Part shown: piece by piece, positions 48,743 through 57,622 of the stretch
Position numbering within the stretch: the stretch's first letter is position 1
How the letters are laid out: each line of letters starts with the position of its first letter
The notes under the pieces: model-generated
Seen by the model: only the letters and a program-made list of their open reading frames with translations
What the model was told of the DNA's origin: nothing
The model's database searches: none
Origin: Gammaproteobacteria bacterium
GTDB lineage: Bacteria; Pseudomonadota; Gammaproteobacteria; Eutrophobiales; Eutrophobiaceae
Reading direction: 5' to 3'
Assembly: GCA_965243205.1 (NCBI GenBank)
Contig: CBDEUK010000002.1
Span: 192,001 to 256,000 of the forward strand
DNA: 64,000 nucleotides
Translations under genes and position numbers: made by a program

Positions 48743-49684
48743 TTATGGTTTATCTGGGTTAAGCGGATCGTAATCTATCGTAATGGTTTGCTCTGATTTT
48801 TCTGAAGATACGATATCAACAGAAATCATTAATACAGATGTCATGTTTTCTTTATGGGTTAGAGAACGCACAGTCTCTCTTAATGGAATAGCAATACCGT
48901 TCTTTTTGAGTTTGCGTAGTTCCCAACGGTGTAATCTTCCTGGGTCGTCTAGGGATTCTTTAACGTATTGTCTGGCAAGGTTTCTATCCTGAGGGTGATA
49001 TAGAGAGAATAAAGGCTTATCAATTAGCTCCTCACGCTTATAACCTAGTAAATACGCGCCGAATTTATTAATGGTTTGAATATGGCCTTTTTTATCCAAA
49101 ATCAAATACATAGCTGGAGTGTTATTAAATAAATCTTCATAGCGTTGTTCACTGATATGTAGAGCCTTTTCTATTTCAAGCCGACTATCCATTTCAGACT
49201 CAAGATTTGCCCGAGCCAATTCATACGCGACTTCGGTATTGATTACTTTCTTTTCTAATTTTTGTTTTTGTGCTTGAAGCGCGAGGCTCATCGATTTTAG
49301 TGAAAGCTGATTTTCAATGCGGGCAATTAATACGGGCAGAGTACCGGGCTTGATAATGTAGTCATTAGCACCAGCATCTAGGCAAGTCACAATATTTTCA
49401 GTGTCTTCGCTGACCGATAACATGATCACAGGCAGTTCCAGCGGAGAATGTTTTTTCCTGAGAATTTCTAATAGATCGATGCCTGAAAGGTTCGGCATCT
49501 TTATGTCCAGTAAAATAAGATCGATGTCAGAATTTTCTTCAATAAAATCAATTGCTTGCTCAGAAGATTGAATAGTGGTGACTTGGTATTTTTTAGACTT
49601 TAAAAAAATCGATATTGTATTACAGACGGTGTTATCGTCATCGACAACTAAGATAGATGCAGGCTTGGCACTCTGTTCGGACAT
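48743..49684 (-). CDS. Response regulator with REC, coiled coil and PAS domains
   Basis: LVVDDD, LLDIKMP, GANDYIIKP; SEQRYEDLFNNTP...LLGYKREELI...YHPQD PAS; no output domain. Confidence 0.88.
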   Translation of the reverse strand: MSEQSAKPASILVVDDDNTVCNTISIFLKSKKYQVTTIQSSEQAIDFIEENSDIDLILLDIKMPNLSGIDLLEILRKKHSPLELPVIMLSVSEDTENIVTCLDAGANDYIIKPGTLPVLIARIENQLSLKSMSLALQAQKQKLEKKVINTEVAYELARANLESEMDSRLEIEKALHISEQRYEDLFNNTPAMYLILDKKGHIQTINKFGAYLLGYKREELIDKPLFSLYHPQDRNLARQYVKESLDDPGRLHRWELRKLKKNGIAIPLRETVRSLTHKENMTSVLMISVDIVSSEKSEQTITIDYDPLNPDKP

Positions 49685-49817
49685 AGATAAAAAATACTTT
49701 TGCTATTATTTGGTTTAGATAGAGCTAAACTCTCCCTGGTAGCTCGCGGATCACTGAGTGCAATATATTACAAATACTTGAATCTCTCCATAATTTCTTT
49801 TGGTAAATCTTTGTTTT

Positions 49818-52800
49818 TTAATCATTTCGTAATAATTTTTTTGCACCCTTAAAGTCAACTTTACCACTTCCTAGCTTAGGTATTTCTTCAACAACCGTTA
49901 ATTCAGAAGGAATCATCAACGGATTACAGTCTGCTTCAAGCATGGATTTTTTAAGATCACTTAATTCGAGTGCATCTGAAATCACCAGATGAATCTTCTC
50001 GCCTTTTTTATCGTCGGGTAAGTTAACAGCGACTAATTCTAATTCAGGTTGTTCCAATGCTGAGCGGATACTTTCTTCCACAGTGGTCAAGCTGATCATC
50101 TCGCCACCCAGTTTGGCAAAACGTGAATAACGGTCAACAATCGTTAAGAATCCATCCTCATCCAAATGACCTTTATCCCCAGTTTTGTACCAGCGCTTTC
50201 CATCTATCTCAGCAATGACTTCCTCAGTTTTTTCTGTATCTTTTAAATAACCCAACATGACTTGTGTCCCGCCAATCAAAATCAATCCGTCTTCGCCAGT
50301 GGGTAGATTTTCTAATGTTTCGGGATCAATGATACGAAAACTGGAGCCAGGTAATGGCATGCCAACTGTTCCAGGTTTATTACCTAATTGAGTGTGCCAG
50401 TAATTAACGTCTAAGGTATCGGGAACATTTACACTAGCAACAGGTGTGGTTTCAGTAGCACCATAACCTTCATAAATATTCTTGTTGAATTTTAATTTAA
50501 AGCTATCGCGCACATCAGGGTTCAGTTTTTCAGCGCCTGCAACAACGATACGTAAAGATTCCAACATCAAAGGATGAACACGTTTGTTCTTAGTGTATAA
50601 ACGTAAGAAAGTTGAAGTGCCGCAAAAAATAGTTGCTCGATATTTTGCAATGGCTTTCGCTACATTAACTGCATCGGTTGGATCAGGATGACAAATCATT
50701 GGTATGCCTTCAATTAATGGCATAAAGGTCGTCACGGTCAATCCAAAAGCATGGAATAAGGGTAGGGAAGCCATTACAACATCGCTGTCTTCAGTGTTTA
50801 GCATATCTGAAATTTGCTTAAGATTACTCATGATGTTTTTATGCGATAACATCACACCCTTAGGTTCACCCTCACTGCCACTAGAAAATAAAATTGCAGC
50901 TGGTGAATTAATCTCAATGTTATTGCAATAAAGATATTTAATAAAAGAAGCGGGTAAACAATAAACCGCTAAAAGAGTGATAACTTTATTGAAAGATGTG
51001 ATTTGATCCTTCAAATCTTCGACATAATAAATATTTGAAGAATCAAGTACACCTTCGAGAACAATACCTTTCTTTTCTAATTTTTCTATAAATTTTTTCG
51101 AAGTGTAAACGGATTTTATTTCGGCTTTATTAATTGCTGATTTTAAGGCATCGATACTCGCCGTATAATTTAAATTTACAATCGTTTTACCACAGATAAG
51201 TGCTGCCATATTACAAATAGTGCCAATGCTACTTGTGGGCAGTAGTAAAGCGACGTTTTGTTCGGCAGAGCGTTGTTTAATTAGTTTTGCAAACAGTAAA
51301 ACGCCTATTAATAATTTGTTGCCTGTTAAAGGACCTGATAAAGAATCGGCAACCGCTAATTCATTAGCATTGCGTTTTACACTATCAATAAAGGCATTTG
51401 GTAAGCTTTGTAAGGTTTCAGTGTAGTGTTCCCAAGAATCAATTGATAAGTCAAAAACATGTTGTTTGACAATTTCACTGGTCGTATCAATGGGTAATGT
51501 TTTTCCAAATGCTACAATGATGTCGCGCTTAATACCTTTACTACGGATCGTTTTTAACTTTTCACTCGAACGTGAAAACCAACTTCCCCATAAGCCGCGT
51601 AAATAGAACGGTAGGATAACGGCATTCGCTTCTTCAGCTGCTTTTTCATAACCTTTTTGAAACTCTGCAAGTTGCCCAGTTCGACTGATCGTTCCTTCTG
51701 GAAATAAACAAACTACTTCTCCATTATTTAAACTTTCAGTTACATTGGCTAAAGCAGTACGACTACCACCTGCAGAGATTGGAATCACATTAAAAATATT
51801 TAAAAACCATTTCAGATACCAACGTTCATAAATATTACGAATCATGACAAAACGGATTGGGCGTGGTGATGCCATTTGAATAATTGCCCAATCGATCCAA
51901 CTGATATGATTACCTAACATTAATATACCACCAGACTCAGGCATATTTTTTAAACCTAATACTTGTAAACGATATTTGCTACCGATGATAAAAGAGAATA
52001 TAAAACGAATTAGAGATTGGGGTAATTTATAAACGGTATAAGCCGTACCTAAGATGGCAACCACTAGCAGTATTGCAAAAAGTCCATAACTATTAATTCC
52101 TATATCGGCAAACCAAACAGTTAAGCCTAAGAAGGACAACATCACACAATTTTGTATGAAGTTATTGCCAGCTAAGATAGAACCAATTTCGTCTTCACCT
52201 GCATGAAATTGAATCAAAGCATTAAGTGGAATAATTAACATGCCACCCATAATGCCCCAGAGTAAAAAGTTTAATGCTTGACCGAATTCACTATCTAAAT
52301 TCGGTAAGATAAATAAACAAACAGCAATACCGATTGAACCAAGTGGAATTAACCCTGTTTCAATATGAGTTTTAGAGACTCGTCCAGCAATTAAAGAACC
52401 TAACATGATGCCTATGCCAGCGCAGGCCATCATGCCCTGAATAATCACTGTATTCATGATATTCATAGTGTCTTTCGCATGGGCAGGGAATGCGGCCAGC
52501 ATTACTTGAGAAATCGACCAAAAGATAGCTAAACCAATAATCGATAAAAATATGACCTCACGATTGCTGACGGTGTTTAGGTTTTTACGTAAATAGGTTC
52601 CTTTTAAATAGCTATCCCAATCAAAATTCATAGAGTCGTCTTGATTCTGTGTGGTGGGTAGGCGGTAAGCGAGTAACAGTTCTAAAATACTGATAGCGAC
52701 TAGACACCAACCGAGTGGTGCAATTAGCATTAGTAACTCATGTTTATTAGAAAAGAATTCTTCAAAGATGATTTTTTCGAATAAGATTGAAAATGTAAAT

Positions 52801-53264
52801 ATTCCTGCAAGGATAGCGATGGTAGATGTTGCTTGAATAATACCATTACCCTGCGCCAGACGATCTTTTCCAACTAACTCTTTGATGTAGCCATATTTTG
52901 CAGGTGAATAAAATGCGCTTTGCAAGGCTAATGCAAAGGTCATGGCAAACGCTAACCAAAACCACCCAAGATAATAAAATAAGGTTATGCATAAGGTTAA
53001 AAAGACTGCTACCCAAGCCGCAATTCGCATCACAAAGTTTTTAGGGTATTTGTCTGCAAAATAACCGGCTGGGGATATGCTGAGTATAAAAGGCAATAAA
53101 ATCAATGCATTAACTATCGCCGTTAGCTCTATTTGCTCTTGTCCGTCATATATTTTGAATACTGTATTTTGAATAAGGATTTTATGTCCTAAGTCGACAA
53201 AAGCATTTAGAAATACGATACAGGTAAAAAAGAAAAACCCTTTGATTTTAAATAGATCATGCAT
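49818..53264 (-). CDS. aas: Fused MFS transporter / acyltransferase / acyl-ACP synthetase (LplT-Aas-like)
   Basis: MFS N-terminus (QSAFYSPAKYG); PlsC motifs NHISWID and FPEG; AMP-binding FSSGSEGEPKG, EGYGATE, YKTGD. Confidence 0.9.
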   Translation of the reverse strand: MHDLFKIKGFFFFTCIVFLNAFVDLGHKILIQNTVFKIYDGQEQIELTAIVNALILLPFILSISPAGYFADKYPKNFVMRIAAWVAVFLTLCITLFYYLGWFWLAFAMTFALALQSAFYSPAKYGYIKELVGKDRLAQGNGIIQATSTIAILAGIFTFSILFEKIIFEEFFSNKHELLMLIAPLGWCLVAISILELLLAYRLPTTQNQDDSMNFDWDSYLKGTYLRKNLNTVSNREVIFLSIIGLAIFWSISQVMLAAFPAHAKDTMNIMNTVIIQGMMACAGIGIMLGSLIAGRVSKTHIETGLIPLGSIGIAVCLFILPNLDSEFGQALNFLLWGIMGGMLIIPLNALIQFHAGEDEIGSILAGNNFIQNCVMLSFLGLTVWFADIGINSYGLFAILLVVAILGTAYTVYKLPQSLIRFIFSFIIGSKYRLQVLGLKNMPESGGILMLGNHISWIDWAIIQMASPRPIRFVMIRNIYERWYLKWFLNIFNVIPISAGGSRTALANVTESLNNGEVVCLFPEGTISRTGQLAEFQKGYEKAAEEANAVILPFYLRGLWGSWFSRSSEKLKTIRSKGIKRDIIVAFGKTLPIDTTSEIVKQHVFDLSIDSWEHYTETLQSLPNAFIDSVKRNANELAVADSLSGPLTGNKLLIGVLLFAKLIKQRSAEQNVALLLPTSSIGTICNMAALICGKTIVNLNYTASIDALKSAINKAEIKSVYTSKKFIEKLEKKGIVLEGVLDSSNIYYVEDLKDQITSFNKVITLLAVYCLPASFIKYLYCNNIEINSPAAILFSSGSEGEPKGVMLSHKNIMSNLKQISDMLNTEDSDVVMASLPLFHAFGLTVTTFMPLIEGIPMICHPDPTDAVNVAKAIAKYRATIFCGTSTFLRLYTKNKRVHPLMLESLRIVVAGAEKLNPDVRDSFKLKFNKNIYEGYGATETTPVASVNVPDTLDVNYWHTQLGNKPGTVGMPLPGSSFRIIDPETLENLPTGEDGLILIGGTQVMLGYLKDTEKTEEVIAEIDGKRWYKTGDKGHLDEDGFLTIVDRYSRFAKLGGEMISLTTVEESIRSALEQPELELVAVNLPDDKKGEKIHLVISDALELSDLKKSMLEADCNPLMIPSELTVVEEIPKLGSGKVDFKGAKKLLRND

Positions 53265-53336
53265 GGTTTAAATATTCCTTATATAAAACAATAAGTTAAG
53301 TCGATTGAAGACATGTTTTAAATATTTCCAATAAAA

Positions 53337-53379
53337 TTGTTGCAATGCAAAACATGTTTGGCTATACTGCATTGCACAA
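53337..53379 (+). promoter_or_regulatory. Phasin promoter with overlapping PhaR-like operators
   Basis: TTGCAA (53340-45)-N17-TATACT (53363-68); inverted TGCAATGCA (53341-49) and TGCATTGCA (53368-76). Confidence 0.65.
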
Positions 53380-53427
53380 AATATGTAAAACCAGTTTCAT
53401 TTTAAATAACTCTTTTGGAGAAAGATA

Positions 53428-53739
53428 ATGAATGTTGATTTTGAAAAATTCGCAGGACCAACAAAAGAATTCAGTAAATTGGCTGTAAAAAGTTTAGAAG
53501 ACATCGCTGAAATTCAAGTTAAAAACATCACAGAGTGCAGTAAATTAGGCTTAGAGTCTTTAAAGTCAGCGACTGAGATTACTAATCCTGAAGGTTTTAA
53601 GACCTACATGACAGAACAAGCTGCTCTAACAAAAACAATGGCCGAAGGTTTTGCTGCTGATATGAAAACCATCAGTGAAATCGGTCAAACTTATATGACT
53701 GAATATAAGAAAATTTTTGAAGGCAGTTTTAAAGTTTAA
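53428..53739 (+). CDS. phaP: Phasin-family PHA granule protein
   Basis: 103-aa all-helical amphipathic protein (KLAVKSLEDIAEIQ...LKSATEITNPEGF...EQ); GGAG SD; TGC-rich operator upstream. Confidence 0.75.
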   Translation: MNVDFEKFAGPTKEFSKLAVKSLEDIAEIQVKNITECSKLGLESLKSATEITNPEGFKTYMTEQAALTKTMAEGFAADMKTISEIGQTYMTEYKKIFEGSFKV

Positions 53740-53805
53740 TTTCCTCATCTAGAAAATAAAAGATTATATTTTTTCATTCGACTCTCCTCTGAATGTTAAA
53801 GCCTT

Positions 53806-53838
53806 AGCCGCTACTATGAGAATAGAGCGGCTTCTTTT
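53806..53838 (+). terminator. Rho-independent terminator after phasin
   Basis: AGCCGCT...AGCGGCT stem followed by TCTTTT. Confidence 0.65.
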
Positions 53839-53839
53839 A

Positions 53840-54379
53840 TTAGTCAGGATTAATTTTATTAATTTTTGAGCCTTCAAGAGTTAAATTAAACATTAGTCCT
53901 TTATTACTGATAATGAATCCCACAATGGGATCATCAAAATTCATTGAATTGATATCTTTGCCTGCACCTATTTCAACTAAAGCAACAGAGCCATCAACGC
54001 CAACTTCCCAGCCCTCACTATCTTGAAAATCTTTCAACGCTTTTTTATTCATAAAAACCAATATAACGGTTTTCATTTGAGCGCCGAGTTGAAAACCTAT
54101 TGAAGCGGCTATAGTGTTGTAATAGGCAATGGTTTTATTGCCAACTCTTAAAGAACCTTCACCGTATTCGCCACCAATGCCAACGCCTGCCTTTAATACC
54201 TCAGGGAATACTAGTACCCCGGCAGCATTGTTTAAAAAAGCACTGCCACCAATGACTTCTTTATTGAATAACTTAAGCGCGGCATCAGTTTTTATATTAA
54301 GTTCAGCAGCAGTAGCAGCTAAGGCGCTATTTGAAAAAGCAAAAGAAAGACACAATAACAATATGTTAAATATTTTCAT
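53840..54379 (-). CDS. Exported YSC84/SYLF-domain protein
   Basis: GVLVFPEV.KAG.GIGGEYGEG, ASIGFQLGAQ, GWEVGVDGSVA, GLMFNLTLEGSK. Confidence 0.87.
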   Translation of the reverse strand: MKIFNILLLCLSFAFSNSALAATAAELNIKTDAALKLFNKEVIGGSAFLNNAAGVLVFPEVLKAGVGIGGEYGEGSLRVGNKTIAYYNTIAASIGFQLGAQMKTVILVFMNKKALKDFQDSEGWEVGVDGSVALVEIGAGKDINSMNFDDPIVGFIISNKGLMFNLTLEGSKINKINPD

Positions 54380-54471
54380 GGTTGATTACCTAGATTCTGA
54401 GTGAACTGTATAATATTGATATGGTATAGCAGATTAATCAAATAATAGTTAGTAGATTTGTGAACATCACA

Positions 54472-55245
54472 TCAGCTTTGTTTTCTTCTGAAAACAAGAT
54501 TTCTATCATCTGATTCAGATTTTGAAAATTTATAACCAGATTGCTTGAATTGTTTGATTTGTTCAATATCAGTGATTTTATTTTTAATAATATATGAACT
54601 CATCATGCCACGAGCTTTTTTTGCAAAAAAACTAATGATTTTATATTGGCCGTTTTTGTAATCTTTAAAAACAGGGGTAATAATTTCTGCTTTTAAATTT
54701 TCAGTTTGCACGGATTTAAAATATTCATTTGAAGCAAGGTTGATTAAATAATTGCTTTTCACTTTTTTTAAATCAGAATTAATTACCTTGGTAATTTTAT
54801 CATCCCAAAATTGATAGAGATCATTCCCACGTTTATTTTCTAAATGTGTTCCCATTTCAAGTCGGTAAGCTTGGATGAGATCCAAAGGACGTAAAATACC
54901 ATAAAGACCTGATAGTATTCTTAAATGTTGTTGGGCAAATGCAAAGTCAGACTCTGAAAAAGTTTCTGCTTCAAGCCCTGCATAAACGTCGCCTTTAAAA
55001 GCCAATAAAGCTTGTTTAGAATTGTTTTTAGTGAAAGGACGTTTCCAATCATTAAAACGAGTGAAATTTAATGCGCCTAATTTATCACTGATTTTCATCA
55101 ATGAAGAAATTTCATTAGGAGAATATTGCTTTAATTGTTTAATTAAAAGTGCAGAATCATCCAAAAGACTTGGTTGGCTATGTTTTTTTGTAATGGATTC
55201 AGTTTCGAAATCGAGTGTCTTAGCTGGAGATATAACAATTAACAT
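54472..55245 (-). CDS. yaaA: Peroxide stress protein YaaA
   Basis: MLIVISPAKTLD, FKGDVY, LSGLYGILRPLD...YRLEMG, INLASNEY, SFFAKKARG. Confidence 0.96.
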   Translation of the reverse strand: MLIVISPAKTLDFETESITKKHSQPSLLDDSALLIKQLKQYSPNEISSLMKISDKLGALNFTRFNDWKRPFTKNNSKQALLAFKGDVYAGLEAETFSESDFAFAQQHLRILSGLYGILRPLDLIQAYRLEMGTHLENKRGNDLYQFWDDKITKVINSDLKKVKSNYLINLASNEYFKSVQTENLKAEIITPVFKDYKNGQYKIISFFAKKARGMMSSYIIKNKITDIEQIKQFKQSGYKFSKSESDDRNLVFRRKQS

Positions 55246-55327
55246 AATATTCTCTATAGAATGTAAAAAAGAAACTTAATTATATAAAATCTACTGTATA
55301 AAATTCTAGCTGGTTTAGTTAGAAATT

Positions 55328-56410
55328 TTACGTCTTAGCTGAAAAAAATTGACCTTTTTGTTTTTGGAACATAATAGTAAGAAATTTAATACCATAATGA
55401 TAATCAGTGGTATTTTTTTGTGAGTAACTGACTTCTCCAACAGCATTAAAGTTATCGGCATCGATTTTTAGTACTTGTCCGTTTTCTAGAGCATATTGAG
55501 AGCGAATTTTAATACCTGTAGGAGAAATGTCTAACATCTGGTGTCGATGTTGTTTGCCAGGCCAATTATAAAAAACATTAATCATGTTTTGATTTTGTTG
55601 GCGACTAAAGGTTCTGCGGTCTTGATTCATAAATTGCTCTGATGGTGGAAACAATGGGCTGTTACATTCAATACAATAAGGTGCATGATCAATAGAAGGA
55701 GTTTGGTTATGTGGTGTTTTACAAAAACTACAATACTGTGTTATTACAGGTTGATAACCATAAAGCGAAGAATTTAATCGGGAACGATTATTCGTTTTTA
55801 TTATTTTAGGTTTTGTATCATAATTTGAATTTGGTGGATGTTTTACAGTTTTTTTATAGGTGTTTTCTTGCTTGTTTTTTCTTATTTTTGCGATTAAAAG
55901 CTCTACCGCATATGCATGTTCATAGTCTTTTAAAAAACTATCATATAATGTTTTCTTTTTTTCATCACTTAATACTGAAAAAGCTTCTTCAATCAATTTT
56001 CTCGTTCTATTATTTTTTTCTTGTTTTAACAGAGCCTCATAACTAGATTGAATGATGGCTAATGGAGAATCGGTTTGTACGTGTAATAAGCGATAATAAT
56101 TTCTTTGATTAGTTGAGTTGTTATTGTTGTTTGAATGATTGTTTTTTTTATTTTCTGAATGCAAATGTCCGCGCGATAATTGTTTAATACAATACTGCTT
56201 TAATAAAGATTCATCGTATTTTTTTCGTTTAGTTGGATTTTTTAAAACATCATATGCCATGTTTATGATGCTCGCGTTCCATTCGTCACCACCTAGATCA
56301 GGATGCATTTTTAATTTTTGCATGATCGCACGATAATTTGATTTGATGATTTCGGAAGAGGCATCAGGTTGCACTTTTAGAATTCGATAATAGTTGCGGC
56401 GATTATTCAT
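55328..56410 (-). CDS. Tandem J-domain, zinc-ribbon, PilZ-domain protein
   Basis: NYYRILKV...MHPD; second J-like NYYRLLHV without HPD; CSFC...CIEC; RRTFSR and DISPTG PilZ motifs. Confidence 0.85.
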   Translation of the reverse strand: MNNRRNYYRILKVQPDASSEIIKSNYRAIMQKLKMHPDLGGDEWNASIINMAYDVLKNPTKRKKYDESLLKQYCIKQLSRGHLHSENKKNNHSNNNNNSTNQRNYYRLLHVQTDSPLAIIQSSYEALLKQEKNNRTRKLIEEAFSVLSDEKKKTLYDSFLKDYEHAYAVELLIAKIRKNKQENTYKKTVKHPPNSNYDTKPKIIKTNNRSRLNSSLYGYQPVITQYCSFCKTPHNQTPSIDHAPYCIECNSPLFPPSEQFMNQDRRTFSRQQNQNMINVFYNWPGKQHRHQMLDISPTGIKIRSQYALENGQVLKIDADNFNAVGEVSYSQKNTTDYHYGIKFLTIMFQKQKGQFFSAKT

Positions 56411-56419
56411 GTTAATTCA

Positions 56420-57622
56420 TTAAGCTAGCTGTAATTCTTTTATTCTGTCCTTTGTTAAATAAGTAATAGCTTTGGTAACAGGTTGAGTAAAAAGACAAAC
56501 ATTGTTGATATCGTTTTCTATTGTTGTAGCTTGTATATTTTTAGAAATATTTTGTATTACTTCATTTTTTTGAATAAATCGTATTACTGCATCTTCACGA
56601 TTTAATCGAATGCCCGTTGCGGTTTTTTTGCATTCTGCTTCGATGAATTTTGCTTGACTGAAATTTGCACCAATTGCTCCAGCTTCAAATGCTGAATTCA
56701 ACACTGTTTCTAAATGTTTGCGGCCTATAATACACGTGAGCTGAGTTAGGTTTTCCAAACTAGGTCGTTTTTTGATTTTGCCATAGAGACTTAGTCCGGC
56801 ACTTTTTGTTGAGCCACTGTGTTGTACAACGTCTTGTTGGCGCCAATGGCCATTACCCATGATGTTGTCAATTGCATCAACAATTTGTTTCATGTTTGCA
56901 CCATAATGTCGATTTCCATAGGTACTGGCAATATTGATCAAACCTTTTTGAACTGGCATTCGATAAATATAACCACGGCCAGGCATATCTATACGGCCGG
57001 CTTCAACCATAGCTTCTATCACTAGATCCGCATCATTGTTATCGGCAATAATCGTTAAAACTTCTTTCTGTGATTTTCGAGTAATGCGTAACCATCCTAA
57101 TCGATCACGCAGCCCTCGACCCGAACAATAATGAATAACTGGACCATGAGCACCAGATTGTAAGGCGGCTCGAGATACTACTTCTGAAAGTTCTTCTTGG
57201 ACTATACAGGTAATAACACTTAGATTATCTCTAAGGTTGCCTTTGGTTGCTGGATCTTCACTTTCATGGCTTTCTAGTTTTTCCCATAAATGAAAGTCTT
57301 CAGTATGAATAATTTCTTCACAAGGAATCGAAAATACTGCTCCAGCACCTGGTAAATACAAATGACCGTTATTGATAATTTGTTCCATGATAAATTCAAC
57401 TTCTTTATCAGGAACTAAAAATTGTAAGAAATCTTTTTCAGGACTTAGAACTGGAAGTATTGAATGATACCAACTATCTCTGACTAAAGTGCCGCGAGCA
57501 TGGAGTAATAAAGTGTTTTGATCGCCTAATGAAAATACTGATTCGATACATGCGGTTGAGGTTTGCTTAGGCAAGATAGCATTAATAACTGAAATGTTTT
57601 TATGAGTTAAGAAGCGGTTCAT
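56420..57622 (-). CDS. Protein of three tandem P-II-like domains
   Basis: Repeated I/V-x-C/A-I-V...A...GA.G pattern; EK/KE-x-L T-loop exits; PGAGAVFSIP and PGRGYIYRMPV B-loop-like motifs. Confidence 0.75.
   Translation of the reverse strand: MNRFLTHKNISVINAILPKQTSTACIESVFSLGDQNTLLLHARGTLVRDSWYHSILPVLSPEKDFLQFLVPDKEVEFIMEQIINNGHLYLPGAGAVFSIPCEEIIHTEDFHLWEKLESHESEDPATKGNLRDNLSVITCIVQEELSEVVSRAALQSGAHGPVIHYCSGRGLRDRLGWLRITRKSQKEVLTIIADNNDADLVIEAMVEAGRIDMPGRGYIYRMPVQKGLINIASTYGNRHYGANMKQIVDAIDNIMGNGHWRQQDVVQHSGSTKSAGLSLYGKIKKRPSLENLTQLTCIIGRKHLETVLNSAFEAGAIGANFSQAKFIEAECKKTATGIRLNREDAVIRFIQKNEVIQNISKNIQATTIENDINNVCLFTQPVTKAITYLTKDRIKELQLA

Noticed and set aside
56101-56160. AAC/AAT microsatellite-like run
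   Set aside because: Encodes the Asn-rich linker of the J-domain protein; imperfect and in frame, with no sign of phase variation
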